A program made the position numbers and the translations under genes. From Escherichia coli (GTDB lineage Bacteria > Pseudomonadota > Gammaproteobacteria > Enterobacterales > Enterobacteriaceae): a stretch of 64,000 nucleotides of DNA. The stretch lies in NCBI RefSeq assembly GCF_001677475.2, contig NZ_CP015229.1. The stretch is one strand, 5' to 3'. Shown one piece after another: positions 13,686-24,056 of the stretch (positions are counted from its first letter, which is position 1; each line of letters starts with the position of its first letter). The notes beneath the pieces were generated by a model. The model was given only the letters and a program-made list of their open reading frames with translations. It was not told where the DNA came from and searched no databases.

Positions 13686-14210
13686 TTACTGATAAGTAAA
13701 TGTTGCCTGAACCAGGCCGGTGATTGAACCAGGCATCACATTTCCTTTCGATACAGCCCGCGTACGAAGCTGAAGGTCATAGGCGTGAGAACCAGGAATA
13801 GGGGTATTATTGATTGATGAACCATTACCCAACGTTGTAGAACCATCCTGCGTAGTGAGCTCAAGAGAGAGGTTAGTTGCTGAACCAGTATTGGCGTAGT
13901 TTGTGGCAATATCACCGTCCGGCGTACCAGAGAAAGCGACGCTAAAGCTGGAGGTTGAGAGTGGGCAATTGGTTAATTGCAAAGAGAAGTCTTTCCAGGT
14001 GGATGCGCTTCCCGCAGCCGAAAGAGAATCCGCCTGAATATTATCGCCAATATTTACATTCACGGCACTATTCCCACCATTAACGACGCACGGAGATGCC
14101 AGTACTAATCCATTAATATTGATATCTACCGCATTAACGGAGGAAGCCCCCAGAAGACTGCTGGCGATAACAAATATTATAAACTTACGCTTCCATATTA
14201 TATTCATCAT
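13686..14210 (-). CDS. Fimbrial minor subunit
   Basis: 174 aa with a signal peptide (...SSVNA), an N-terminal VDININGLV motif paralogous to the neighbouring subunit, and the C-terminus ATFTYQ. Confidence 0.8.
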   Translation of the reverse strand: MMNIIWKRKFIIFVIASSLLGASSVNAVDININGLVLASPCVVNGGNSAVNVNIGDNIQADSLSAAGSASTWKDFSLQLTNCPLSTSSFSVAFSGTPDGDIATNYANTGSATNLSLELTTQDGSTTLGNGSSINNTPIPGSHAYDLQLRTRAVSKGNVMPGSITGLVQATFTYQ

Positions 14211-14216
14211 TTTTCC

Positions 14217-15212
14217 TTAATTATATTGTACAGTAAATTGCAATGCGGATTTTACCTCGCCGGTGGTTATGTTATTAACATCGTCAATGTAATAAGCTAC
14301 TTTATATTCGGGTATTGTATAATCACCTGAGCCGATATAATTCAATGCAAAGTTATTGTTAAACTGATCGAATCCGCTTCCATCGGGGTTTTGAAATTGC
14401 ACATATACGCCTTGCGCATAACCGGTTCCGGTCTCACCGTTCATCACGCCATCCACCGAGCCGTGAGTTCCGTATAAGGCGCTAAATTTGTAAGAGATAC
14501 CCGTAATTGCGCCCGGACAATTTGTTAATGTTATTGTAGGTATTGGCGTAGCCAGTTGTGCCCCACTAACTGCATTACCGCCATAAAGTGTTGTAAGGTT
14601 CACTTCTTTTGGAGCATTTATTATGCATGGCGTCATGGTAGGCTGCGAAGAAACTCCTGAGCGTGCAAGAAATGATTTATCCGAATAAGTGCTTCCCGGC
14701 GGGTTGTGATAATTTAATGTGACGTCAGGAACAGTGACAAGAGGTCCTGGCGGTATCTGCTCTGTAAGACGAACTAATTCATACTTGATGTGTAGGTAAC
14801 CACTCTTGCTTAAACCTTCCGGGAAAGTCAGCGTGTGAGGTGCTGCTTTCGCCAAATTTGGTGTGGTATCTGTTGGGGTTGAAAAATTGAGTTGATATGC
14901 AATGCCAATACCTGGATTGCTAGTTTGATATATGGTTGCTCCGTCGCCCGTTGTTCCGACCACCGTCCCATTTACTGTAAGATCGGCATATGCACTGCCA
15001 GAACCTCCGGACGCGATATTGATCCAATAAAATTTATTCCAGTCATCAAACCAGGTTGTTCCACCTACACTCGTTGGTATGCTCCACGTTGAAAAATCAT
15101 GAGGGTAAGTGACTACCTGTGCAGTATCAGTCTGAAATTGCGATGCTGTTGTTGTTAACGGCAGTGATGCAATGCCTGAGATAAGAAAGATGATTACCCT
15201 TTGTTTATTCAT
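14217..15212 (-). CDS. Putative two-domain fimbrial tip adhesin
   Basis: I start at MNKQRVIIFLISG (331 aa), which has an SD GAGGAA and lies downstream of the usher stop. The size and position after the usher fit an adhesin. The C-terminal half is pilin-like (ends LQFTVQYN). The N-terminal 170 aa is an unrelated domain. Confidence 0.7.
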   Translation of the reverse strand: MNKQRVIIFLISGIASLPLTTTASQFQTDTAQVVTYPHDFSTWSIPTSVGGTTWFDDWNKFYWINIASGGSGSAYADLTVNGTVVGTTGDGATIYQTSNPGIGIAYQLNFSTPTDTTPNLAKAAPHTLTFPEGLSKSGYLHIKYELVRLTEQIPPGPLVTVPDVTLNYHNPPGSTYSDKSFLARSGVSSQPTMTPCIINAPKEVNLTTLYGGNAVSGAQLATPIPTITLTNCPGAITGISYKFSALYGTHGSVDGVMNGETGTGYAQGVYVQFQNPDGSGFDQFNNNFALNYIGSGDYTIPEYKVAYYIDDVNNITTGEVKSALQFTVQYN

Positions 15213-15240
15213 AGCATTGTTTCCTCTTTTCTGGCTCAAT

Positions 15241-17814
15241 TTATTCGCACCTTCCATGGTTCTCTAATACACTATTTGTCGATTGCTGTTGAGTGACATT
15301 GAATTCAACCCGGCAATTTTGGTGCGCATTGTTTCCCCATTTAACGGCGAGTACACCACTGTCCGGCATACCTGTCATATAGACTTGTCCGTTATCGCCG
15401 ACGATAAAGCTGTTTGCATTTTCACTGTTAAGCAGAGTGACAATGGCTCCGAAAGGTATCGCTTCTCCCGATGGTTTATCCAGCATCATTAATACACGAT
15501 TACCTATGCGAATATTAAAGTTTGCTCGCGCAATAGCGCCACGTGTTGGCGTTACGGTACGTGAGGAGAGCTCAACATCTGCATTTTCAGGTAATGCTTC
15601 AGTGTTAAGTGAAATAGTGTTTTCACGATAGGGGCTGATATAAGGAACGATCGTGTAGCCACGAAAGTCGGTGTTTACACCGGTCTGGTTACTGATATTT
15701 ACACCGCTGGCACCTGGCGCTTCAACCAGTGCAGTGGTTTCTCCCAGGGACTGGCTTAGTGTGATGCCATTGGCATGAACAACAATACCCCCATCAATAC
15801 CATAGTTCACCCGGTGCTGGTTCTGGTCATAACTGTACGCAGCATTGACGCGACCATAGGTTCCCTGATAGTCCAGGCTGGCATAACCGCCATTACCTAC
15901 ACCGTGATCCGTTTCACTTTCCTGAATATTCCAGTTGAGGTTCTGATCGTCAAGCGCAGAACCATTCAGGCCTACAGAATGACTGGTATCGCCGTGTTTA
16001 CTGGTATTCAGACTGTAGCTCGCCCAACTGTTATTCAACCAGCGATTTAATGGAATATTGATATTAAATGAGAAAATCTGATCGCTATTGTAGTACTTAT
16101 TACGCGTTGTATTATTGTCGCGGTAATTACTATTGTCGTTGGTATTACGGTTATAACTGTAATTCAGGCTGTAAGTCATGCCGCTCCAGCTATTACTGTA
16201 GCCAACGCCAACAGAACGCATTTGTCGATCGCTGTTCCAGTAATCTTCGCTAATGGCATTAAGCGATACTGAACCAGCATTCTGTCCAAGATTTTGGTTA
16301 AGCAGGAACTCCGCTCGATTACGCCGCCGTTCTGGCATGTTTTGATTATTTTCACGCCAGGTGTCGAGCGTTTCTTGTAGTGAATAATAACCCGATGTGG
16401 AATAGCGGTAGCCCGCGATAGAAACGTTAGTCCCGGTGGCGAGAATGTTTTTACTATAGCGTACCCGTACTGACTGACCGCTGGTTTTCTCTTGTTCCTG
16501 CTGTTGGGACCAGGCCTGGGCGGTATCGATAGATAAGGCGCCCATTTCACCCAGGTTTTTACCCATACCGAAAATTAATGATTGATAATGTTGCGAGAAT
16601 TGCCCACCGCCATATAAGGTAAATCCAACGGGCAGGCCATATATGGCAGTTGCTTGCGTGAAATACTCTTTATCAACACGACTGTCATAAGAGCGGTATT
16701 TCCCGCTGGTCACGCTATATTTCAGGCGGCCTTCACGTTGCAACACGGGGAGCGATGCAAAGGGAACAACCTGGTGCTGTTCACTGCCATCCGCTTCTTT
16801 AACCGTTACGTCCAGATCGCCGCTACTTCCGGTCGGATACATATCCGTGATTTCAAATGCGCCTGGCGAAACATAAGTTTGATAAATGGTATAACCATTT
16901 TGTTTAACAATAACCTGCGCATTGGTTCTGGCGATTCCGCGTACAACAGGTGCATAACCACGCATACTGTCAGGTAACATATCGTCATCAGAAGCTAGCT
17001 GCACACCGCGAAACGGAACGCTATCAAACATATCTGACGGAGAAGAGCTTTCTCCAAGCGTGAGCTGGCTCTTGAGCGAAATGATATTTCGCTGGGCATA
17101 GGTATACAGAGAATCCCAGTTGTTCTGGGTATCACTACCAAAAGTGTTACGACTCCAGGTACTGTAATTACGTAAGCGCCATGGCCCGATATTTAATCCA
17201 GGAAGGAGATTAAGATAATAGCTGTCAGAATCAGATGAATTGCTATCACGCGATTTTGTATTAGCACCGGTGAAATTGTAGTTCAGCAGTAACGCATTTA
17301 TTCCTTCATCCAGATTTTCAGGCGCCACGTATCCACGCGGTTTCGCTTCGACTGCCGCTTGAGGTATTTCCACCATTAGCTGCTGACGGTTAAAAATGAG
17401 TTTTGCCGAGGCCATCGGAATTGCCGCGAGATTGGCGCAGCCTTCATTATTGATCAGTTGCGGGAATAACTCGGTACGAACACCAAATTGCTTTAATTTT
17501 TCCACCGATATACACGGTTGCAATATGTTCTGACCCTGAAGGTCTTTCTGCATACTGAAAGTAATATCGTGTGTACCCAGCGACATTTTGTTTAGGTAAA
17601 CGTCAACACGATAGGTTCCAGGAATCTGACCGACACCCTCTTCAAAAGCGCTAAGATCTGAAATACCTGAGCCAGGGCCGTCGATTCCCAGTAATGCGGG
17701 GTTAAAATATTCGCGTGCATATGCCGATGAGGCGAGAGACAGGGCGCATTGCAGAGCAACGAAACAGGCAATTTTGTTCCGTATCATTTTCTTTTTATTG
17801 ATTCTTGAACTCAT
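15241..17814 (-). CDS. Fimbrial outer-membrane usher
   Basis: 857 aa with a signal peptide, the N-terminal FNPALLG motif, and length and composition typical of the FimD/PapC family. Confidence 0.9.
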   Translation of the reverse strand: MSSRINKKKMIRNKIACFVALQCALSLASSAYAREYFNPALLGIDGPGSGISDLSAFEEGVGQIPGTYRVDVYLNKMSLGTHDITFSMQKDLQGQNILQPCISVEKLKQFGVRTELFPQLINNEGCANLAAIPMASAKLIFNRQQLMVEIPQAAVEAKPRGYVAPENLDEGINALLLNYNFTGANTKSRDSNSSDSDSYYLNLLPGLNIGPWRLRNYSTWSRNTFGSDTQNNWDSLYTYAQRNIISLKSQLTLGESSSPSDMFDSVPFRGVQLASDDDMLPDSMRGYAPVVRGIARTNAQVIVKQNGYTIYQTYVSPGAFEITDMYPTGSSGDLDVTVKEADGSEQHQVVPFASLPVLQREGRLKYSVTSGKYRSYDSRVDKEYFTQATAIYGLPVGFTLYGGGQFSQHYQSLIFGMGKNLGEMGALSIDTAQAWSQQQEQEKTSGQSVRVRYSKNILATGTNVSIAGYRYSTSGYYSLQETLDTWRENNQNMPERRRNRAEFLLNQNLGQNAGSVSLNAISEDYWNSDRQMRSVGVGYSNSWSGMTYSLNYSYNRNTNDNSNYRDNNTTRNKYYNSDQIFSFNINIPLNRWLNNSWASYSLNTSKHGDTSHSVGLNGSALDDQNLNWNIQESETDHGVGNGGYASLDYQGTYGRVNAAYSYDQNQHRVNYGIDGGIVVHANGITLSQSLGETTALVEAPGASGVNISNQTGVNTDFRGYTIVPYISPYRENTISLNTEALPENADVELSSRTVTPTRGAIARANFNIRIGNRVLMMLDKPSGEAIPFGAIVTLLNSENANSFIVGDNGQVYMTGMPDSGVLAVKWGNNAHQNCRVEFNVTQQQSTNSVLENHGRCE

Positions 17815-17843
17815 TACACATCCTTATGCAGTTAAATGGCGTC

Positions 17844-18521
17844 TTACAAAGAAGCGTTGTGTACGTCGCCTGCTGCACCGTAATCACTGATGATTGTCCA
17901 GCTTACATTTCCTGTTGTGTTGGCTGGAATTTGAAATGTCGCACTACTCATAGGAGCAACATATGTGGCATCAGGTAATGCTTTTCCGCCAATCTTGACC
18001 TGACTGAAGTTCATATAGTAAGCAGTTGGGTTGGTGACAGTGATTTGCTGTCCGCTACGTCGCCAGGTCAAATTTTTCACGACTTGTTCTGGTAATGTGG
18101 ACGAAATCTCATGTGGTCGATAAATCAATTTAATTCGCGTTTTAATGGCAATTTGCAAGGTGTTGACATTTTCCTGCTTTTCAGTTGCAGGTATCGTTTT
18201 AATATTCATCCAGTACATCGTTTCGCGATCTGTCGGCAGATTGCCGCCAGCGCGAATAATGCGCAACGCATTTTCTTCAGTGGCGCCCAGGCGGAACAGA
18301 GGGGGGGTAATAATAAAAGGGGCTTTGGCGTTGGTTTGCGGATCTCCATCGACCCATGATTGAATAAGGTAGGAGGATTTATCCGGATTTTTCAGGTGCA
18401 GAGACGTTTCTTTTTTATCGCCATTATAAATAACTCGTGTTCCTCCAACAATGACACCCGCCTGTGCAACAGAGTTGGATAATAACAATGCAGTAGCAAG
18501 AAAATAAGTCGATAATTTCAT
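17844..18521 (-). CDS. Periplasmic fimbrial chaperone (PapD-like)
   Basis: 225 aa with a signal peptide, GGTRVIY...YLIQSW, and NALRII motifs characteristic of PapD/FimC chaperones. Confidence 0.9.
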   Translation of the reverse strand: MKLSTYFLATALLLSNSVAQAGVIVGGTRVIYNGDKKETSLHLKNPDKSSYLIQSWVDGDPQTNAKAPFIITPPLFRLGATEENALRIIRAGGNLPTDRETMYWMNIKTIPATEKQENVNTLQIAIKTRIKLIYRPHEISSTLPEQVVKNLTWRRSGQQITVTNPTAYYMNFSQVKIGGKALPDATYVAPMSSATFQIPANTTGNVSWTIISDYGAAGDVHNASL

Positions 18522-18595
18522 CTCAAAAACCTTTAAAAGGTAAAACCGAGTAACTCGGTTTTACCTGACGTAATTATATTAAAATCAGGCGTATC

Positions 18596-19129
18596 TTAGT
18601 TATACGCTAACGTAAAGTTCACAGTACCATTTGCACTACCAACCGCTATGGTATCTTCTGTAGCGATATAACGTGCAAAGAAGTCCAGGTTAGTGTCGCC
18701 AGTGCTATTGAGAGCCGTGCTATCAGATTCAGTACCGAGAGGCAGCACACTACCGGAAGAATTCATGAGCTGAATTGCAACACCTTTTGCTACACCGGTT
18801 GTACCGTAATCAGTAACTTGTAAAGCATCCTGATTGATCTGATCCGGAGTACCATCGTATTTAACAGCAACATTTTTGAGCTCATTCGGGCAATTTTTTA
18901 ATACCAGTGTAAATTTGGTATTTGCAGCAGTAGTCCCAGCCGTAGCGTTAAAAGCTGTTTTAGCAATTGTGCCTAATTTCACTGTCATTGGAGATGACAG
19001 CGTACTGTTAACTTCACAGCCTGATTCAATGATATCTCCAATAAAATTTATTTTACCATCATCTGCAGAGGCGACAGAGCTAAGACCAGCGGTTGTTACT
19101 AAAACCAGAGCGGCTAGTTTGAATTTCAT
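18596..19129 (-). CDS. Major fimbrial subunit (FimA-like)
   Basis: 177 aa. It has the signal peptide MKFKLAALVLVTTAGLSSVASA, the Cys pair (C...NC), and the C-terminus NFTLAYN. It is the first gene of the operon. Confidence 0.85.
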   Translation of the reverse strand: MKFKLAALVLVTTAGLSSVASADDGKINFIGDIIESGCEVNSTLSSPMTVKLGTIAKTAFNATAGTTAANTKFTLVLKNCPNELKNVAVKYDGTPDQINQDALQVTDYGTTGVAKGVAIQLMNSSGSVLPLGTESDSTALNSTGDTNLDFFARYIATEDTIAVGSANGTVNFTLAYN

Positions 19130-19484
19130 TTACATTATCCTTGAGATTGCAGCAAATATGCTTACTTTGACAGTACTAAGGCACTGCCATCACTCCAGTG
19201 AATTTTAAATTCCTCAGGAAAAAATATAATATTAAAGCACGAAACGTTAAACACCTTATTTTTACTTAAATATGTTTTTAGGCATACTTAATTGATTCGT
19301 ATTGCGTATGATTGGTGGTGAAGTTTGTGAGGATTGCTGGGGGGGTGTACAATCATATTGATGATTTAAATGTGTGCTGTTGTATAAATATCTTTGGGCA
19401 ATCAAAAAGAGGCCAGTGAACAGATAAATTTGAACATAGAAGCTAAAATAATTTACTGTATTTCTTTGTTTATTGGGGAAGTGA

Positions 19485-20294
19485 ATGTTTTTAATTAATG
19501 GAAAATGTAACGATGAGTTACCGGCTTGTGACAGGAGCATACAGTTCGGTGATGGATGTTTTACAACGGCTGTGATAAACCGTGGGCAGGTAGTACTCTT
19601 GACCGCGCATTTAACACGTTTACGTGAAGCCTGCTCCCGTTTAAGCATTCCTTATTCCGACTGGTCTATACTGGAAGATGAGATGCAAAGTCTGGCACGA
19701 CAAGCTGAGCGTGGCGTTTTAAAAGTTATTATCACTCGCGGCAGCGGTGGTCGAGGATATAGCATCGCCCACTGCGAATCGCCTGGGCGCATTTTATCTG
19801 TCTCCCCCTTTCCTGAACATTACACCCGCTGGCGGCGGGAAGGTATTACTCTGGCGCTAAGTCCAGTACGCCTTGGACGTAATCCTTATCTCGCAGGAAT
19901 TAAACATCTTAATCGGCTTGAGCAAGTATTGATCCGCTCTCATCTTGAGCAGACAAACGCTGATGAGGCGCTGGTCCTTGACAGCGAAGGGTGGGTTACG
20001 GAATGCTGTGCGGCTAATTTGTTCTGGCGGAAGGGCAACGTAGTTTATACGCCGCGACTGGATCAGGCAGGTGTTAACGGCATTATGCGACAATTCTGTA
20101 TCCGTTTACTGGCACAATCCTCTTATCAGCTTGTCGAAGTACAAGCCTCGCTGGAGGAGGTGATGCAGGCAGATGAGATGGTAGTCTGTAATGCGTTGAT
20201 GCCAGTGATTCCCGTGCGTGCCTGTGGCGAAGCCTCCTTTTCGTCAACAACGCTATATGAATATTTAGCCCCACTTTGTGAGCACCCGAATTAG
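19485..20294 (+). CDS. pabC: Aminodeoxychorismate lyase
   Basis: 269 aa. From about residue 118 ([15 protein letters not shown]...) it matches my recollection of K-12 PabC closely. Residues 1-117 are clearly homologous but much more divergent. Confidence 0.93.
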   Translation: MFLINGKCNDELPACDRSIQFGDGCFTTAVINRGQVVLLTAHLTRLREACSRLSIPYSDWSILEDEMQSLARQAERGVLKVIITRGSGGRGYSIAHCESPGRILSVSPFPEHYTRWRREGITLALSPVRLGRNPYLAGIKHLNRLEQVLIRSHLEQTNADEALVLDSEGWVTECCAANLFWRKGNVVYTPRLDQAGVNGIMRQFCIRLLAQSSYQLVEVQASLEEVMQADEMVVCNALMPVIPVRACGEASFSSTTLYEYLAPLCEHPN

Positions 20295-20296
20295 TC

Positions 20297-21319
20297 ATGA
20301 AAAAAGTGTTTTTGATTATCTTGTTATTGCTGGTGGTACTGGGTATCGCCGCTGGTGTGGGCGTCTGGAAGGTTCGCCATCTTGCCGACAGCAAATTGCT
20401 TATCAAAGAAGAGACAATATTTACCCTGAAGCCAGGGACCGGACGTCTGGCGCTCGGTGAACAGCTTTATGCCGATAAGATCATCAATCGTCCACGGGTT
20501 TTTCAATGGCTGCTGCGTATCGAACCGGATCTTTCTCACTTTAAAGCCGGGACTTACCGCTTTACACCGCAGATGACCGTGCGCGAGATGCTGAAATTGC
20601 TGGAAAGCGGTAAAGAAGCACAGTTCCCTCTGCGACTGGTAGAAGGGATGCGTCTGAGCGATTACCTCAAGCAATTGCGTGAGGCCCCGTATATCAAGCA
20701 TACGCTGAGCGACGATAAGTACGCCACCGTAGCGCAGGCACTTGAACTGGAAAACCCGGAGTGGATTGAAGGTTGGTTCTGGCCAGATACCTGGATGTAT
20801 ACCGCCAATACCACCGATGTCGCGTTACTCAAGCGAGCGCACAAGAAAATGGTGAAAGCGGTCGATAGCGCCTGGGAAGGGCGTGCGGACGGTCTACCTT
20901 ATAAAGATAAAAACCAGCTGGTGACGATGGCATCAATTATCGAAAAAGAAACCGCCGTTGCCAGTGAACGCGATCAGGTTGCCTCGGTATTTATCAACCG
21001 TTTACGCATTGGTATGCGCCTGCAGACCGACCCAGCCGTGATTTACGGGATGGGAGAGCGTTATAATGGCAAACTTTCTCGTGCAGACCTGGAAACGCCG
21101 ACAGCGTATAACACCTATACCATTACCGGTTTGCCGCCAGGTGCGATAGCTACGCCGGGGGCGGATTCGCTGAAGGCTGCTGCGCATCCGGCAAAAACGC
21201 CGTATCTCTATTTTGTGGCCGATGGTAAAGGTGGTCACACGTTTAATACCAATCTTGCCAGTCATAACAAGTCTGTGCAGGATTATCTGAAAGTGCTTAA
21301 GGAAAAAAATGCGCAGTAA
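20297..21319 (+). CDS. mltG: Endolytic murein transglycosylase MltG (YceG)
   Basis: 340-aa ORF starting [34 protein letters not shown]. Confidence 0.96.
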   Translation: MKKVFLIILLLLVVLGIAAGVGVWKVRHLADSKLLIKEETIFTLKPGTGRLALGEQLYADKIINRPRVFQWLLRIEPDLSHFKAGTYRFTPQMTVREMLKLLESGKEAQFPLRLVEGMRLSDYLKQLREAPYIKHTLSDDKYATVAQALELENPEWIEGWFWPDTWMYTANTTDVALLKRAHKKMVKAVDSAWEGRADGLPYKDKNQLVTMASIIEKETAVASERDQVASVFINRLRIGMRLQTDPAVIYGMGERYNGKLSRADLETPTAYNTYTITGLPPGAIATPGADSLKAAAHPAKTPYLYFVADGKGGHTFNTNLASHNKSVQDYLKVLKEKNAQ

Positions 21320-21950
21320 GTATATCGTCATTGAGGGGCTGGAAGGCGCAGGCAAAACTACCGCGCGTAATGTGGTGGTTGAGACGCTCGAGCAACTGGG
21401 TATCCGCGACATGGTTTTCACTCGGGAACCTGGCGGTACGCAACTTGCCGAAAAGTTAAGAAGCCTGGTGCTGGATATCAAATCGGTAGGCGATGAAGTC
21501 ATTACTGATAAAGCCGAAGTTCTGATGTTTTATGCCGCGCGCGTTCAACTGGTAGAAACGGTCATCAAACCTGCGCTGGCTAACGGCACCTGGGTGATTG
21601 GCGATCGCCACGATCTCTCCACTCAGGCGTATCAGGGCGGCGGACGTGGTATTGACCAACATATGCTGGCAACACTGCGTGATGCTGTTCTCGGGGATTT
21701 TCGCCCCGACTTAACGCTCTATCTCGATGTTACCCCGGAAGTTGGCTTAAAACGCGCGCGTGCGCGCGGCGAGCTGGATCGTATTGAGCAAGAGTCTTTC
21801 GATTTTTTTAATCGCACCCGCGCCCGCTATCTGGAACTGGCAGCACAAGATAAAAGCATTCATACCATTGATGCCACCCAGCCGCTGGAGGCCGTGATGG
21901 ATGCAATCCGCACTACCGTGACCAAATGGGTGAAGGAGTTGGACGCATGA
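21309..21950 (+). CDS. tmk: Thymidylate kinase
   Basis: 213 aa, starting [18 protein letters not shown] (P-loop). Confidence 0.97.
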   Translation: MRSKYIVIEGLEGAGKTTARNVVVETLEQLGIRDMVFTREPGGTQLAEKLRSLVLDIKSVGDEVITDKAEVLMFYAARVQLVETVIKPALANGTWVIGDRHDLSTQAYQGGGRGIDQHMLATLRDAVLGDFRPDLTLYLDVTPEVGLKRARARGELDRIEQESFDFFNRTRARYLELAAQDKSIHTIDATQPLEAVMDAIRTTVTKWVKELDA

Positions 21951-22951
21951 GATGGTATCCATGGTTACGACCTGATTTCGAAAAACTGGTAGCCAGCTAT
22001 CAGGCCGGAAGAGGTCACCATGCGCTGCTCATTCAGGCGTTACCGGGCATGGGCGATGATGCTTTAATCTACGCCCTGAGCCGTTATTTACTCTGCCAAC
22101 AACCGCAGGGCCACAAAAGTTGCGGTCACTGTCGTGGATGTCAGTTGATGCAGGCTGGCACGCATCCCGATTACTACACCCTGGCTCCCGAGAAAGGGAA
22201 AAATGCGCTGGGCATTGATGCGGTACGTGAAGTCACCGAAAAGTTAAATGAGCACGCACGTTTAGGTGGTGCGAAAGTTGTCTGGGTAACCGATGCTGCC
22301 TTACTGACCGACGCCGCGGCTAACGCATTGCTGAAAACGCTTGAAGAGCCACCAGCAGAAACCTGGTTTTTCCTTGCTACCCGCGAGCCTGAACGTTTAC
22401 TGGCAACATTACGTAGTCGTTGTCGGTTACATTACCTTGCGCCGCCGCCGGAACAGTACGCCGTGACCTGGCTTTCACGCGAAGTGACAATGTCACAGGA
22501 TGCACTACTTGCCGCATTGCGCTTAAGCGCCGGTTCGCCTGGCGCGGCACTGGCGTTGTTTCAGGGAGAAAACTGGCAGGCTCGTGAAACATTGTGTCAG
22601 GCGTTGGCATATAGCGTGCCATCGGGCGACTGGTATTCGCTGCTAGCGGCCCTTAATCATGAACAAGCTCCGGCGCGTTTACACTGGCTGGCAACGTTGC
22701 TGATGGATGCGCTAAAACGCCATCATGGCGCTGCGCAGGTGACCAATGTTGATGTGCCGGGCCTTGTCGCCGAACTGGCAAACCATCTTTCTCCCTCGCG
22801 CCTGCAGGCTATACTGGGGGATGTTTGCCACATTCGTGAACAGTTAATGTCTGTCACAGGCATTAACCGCGAGCTTCTCATCACCGATCTTTTACTGCGT
22901 ATTGAGCATTACCTGCAACCGGGCGTTGTGCTACCGGTTCCTCATCTTTAA
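21947..22951 (+). CDS. holB: DNA polymerase III delta' subunit
   Basis: Start at [28 protein letters not shown] (334 aa), with an ATGA overlap on the tmk stop. Confidence 0.95.
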   Translation: MRWYPWLRPDFEKLVASYQAGRGHHALLIQALPGMGDDALIYALSRYLLCQQPQGHKSCGHCRGCQLMQAGTHPDYYTLAPEKGKNALGIDAVREVTEKLNEHARLGGAKVVWVTDAALLTDAAANALLKTLEEPPAETWFFLATREPERLLATLRSRCRLHYLAPPPEQYAVTWLSREVTMSQDALLAALRLSAGSPGAALALFQGENWQARETLCQALAYSVPSGDWYSLLAALNHEQAPARLHWLATLLMDALKRHHGAAQVTNVDVPGLVAELANHLSPSRLQAILGDVCHIREQLMSVTGINRELLITDLLLRIEHYLQPGVVLPVPHL

Positions 22952-22961
22952 GAGAGACATC

Positions 22962-23759
22962 ATGTTTTTAGTCGACTCACACTGCCATCTCGATGGTCTG
23001 GATTATGAATCTTTGCATAAGGACGTGGATGACGTTCTGGCGAAAGCCGCCGCACGCGATGTGAAATTTTGTCTGGCAGTCGCCACAACATTACCGGGTT
23101 ATTTACACATGCGGGATCTGGTAGGTGAACGTGACAACGTCGTATTTTCTTGTGGCGTGCATCCACTCAACCAGAATGATCCCTACGATGTAGAAGATTT
23201 ACGCCGTCTGGCGGCAGAAGAGGGTGTTGTAGCGCTGGGTGAAACCGGGCTGGATTATTATTACACACCGGAAACTAAAGTACGTCAGCAAGAGTCCTTC
23301 ATCCATCATATCCAGATTGGTCGTGAACTGAACAAGCCGGTTATCGTCCATACCCGTGACGCCCGTGCCGATACGCTGGCAATTCTGCGCGAAGAAAAAG
23401 TGACGGATTGCGGTGGCGTACTACACTGTTTTACAGAGGACAGAGAAACGGCGGGTAAATTACTGGATCTCGGATTTTACATCTCCTTTTCCGGCATTGT
23501 GACCTTCCGTAATGCGGAGCAACTGCGCGATGCTGCGCGTTATGTCCCACTGGATCGGTTACTGGTGGAAACTGACTCACCTTACCTTGCGCCGGTACCG
23601 CATCGAGGAAAAGAGAATCAACCTGCGATGGTTCGTGACGTTGCAGAATACATGGCTGTGTTGAAAGGTGTTGCCGTTGAAGAACTGGCGCAGGTAACCA
23701 CCGATAACTTCGCCCGTCTGTTTCACATCGACGCTTCCCGCCTTCAATCCATCCGTTGA
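22962..23759 (+). CDS. ycfH: TatD-family metal-dependent hydrolase YcfH
   Basis: Start at [18 protein letters not shown] (265 aa). Confidence 0.94.
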
Positions 23760-23933
23760 ATGAGTTTTTTTAAAGCTCGTAATTAATGGCTAAAACGAGT
23801 AAAGTTCACCGCCGAAAATTGGGCGGTGAATAACCACGTTTGAAATATTGTGACATATGTTTTGTCAAAATGTGCAACTTCTCCAATGATCTGAAGTTGA
23901 AACGTGATAGCCGTCAAACAAATTGGCACTGAA

Positions 23934-23958
23934 TTATTTTACTCTGTGTAATAAATAA
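23934..23958. promoter_or_regulatory. Candidate Mlc/NagC-type operator in the ptsG promoter region
   Basis: An AT-rich palindrome, ttatttt-actctgtgta-ataaataa, lies about 100 bp upstream of ptsG. ptsG is known to be Mlc-repressed. The exact site assignment comes from pattern alone. Confidence 0.4.
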
Positions 23959-24025
23959 AGGGCGCTTAGATGCCCTGTACACGGCGAGGCTCTCCCCCCT
24001 TGCCACGCGTGAGAACGTAAAAAAA

Positions 24026-24056
24026 GCACCCATACTCAGGAGCACTCTCAATTATG
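24026..24056 (+). promoter_or_regulatory. ptsG: ptsG translation-initiation region targeted by the sRNA SgrS
   Basis: The sequence agcacccatactcaggagcactctcaattatg spans the SD and the ATG. This is the known SgrS pairing region in E. coli. Confidence 0.6.

Noticed and set aside
19262-19648. 128-aa minus-strand ORF overlapping the pabC start and the fimbrial upstream region
   Set aside because: It is an AT-rich regulatory region and the ORF overlaps genuine pabC. The sequence is low-complexity with no ribosome-binding site.
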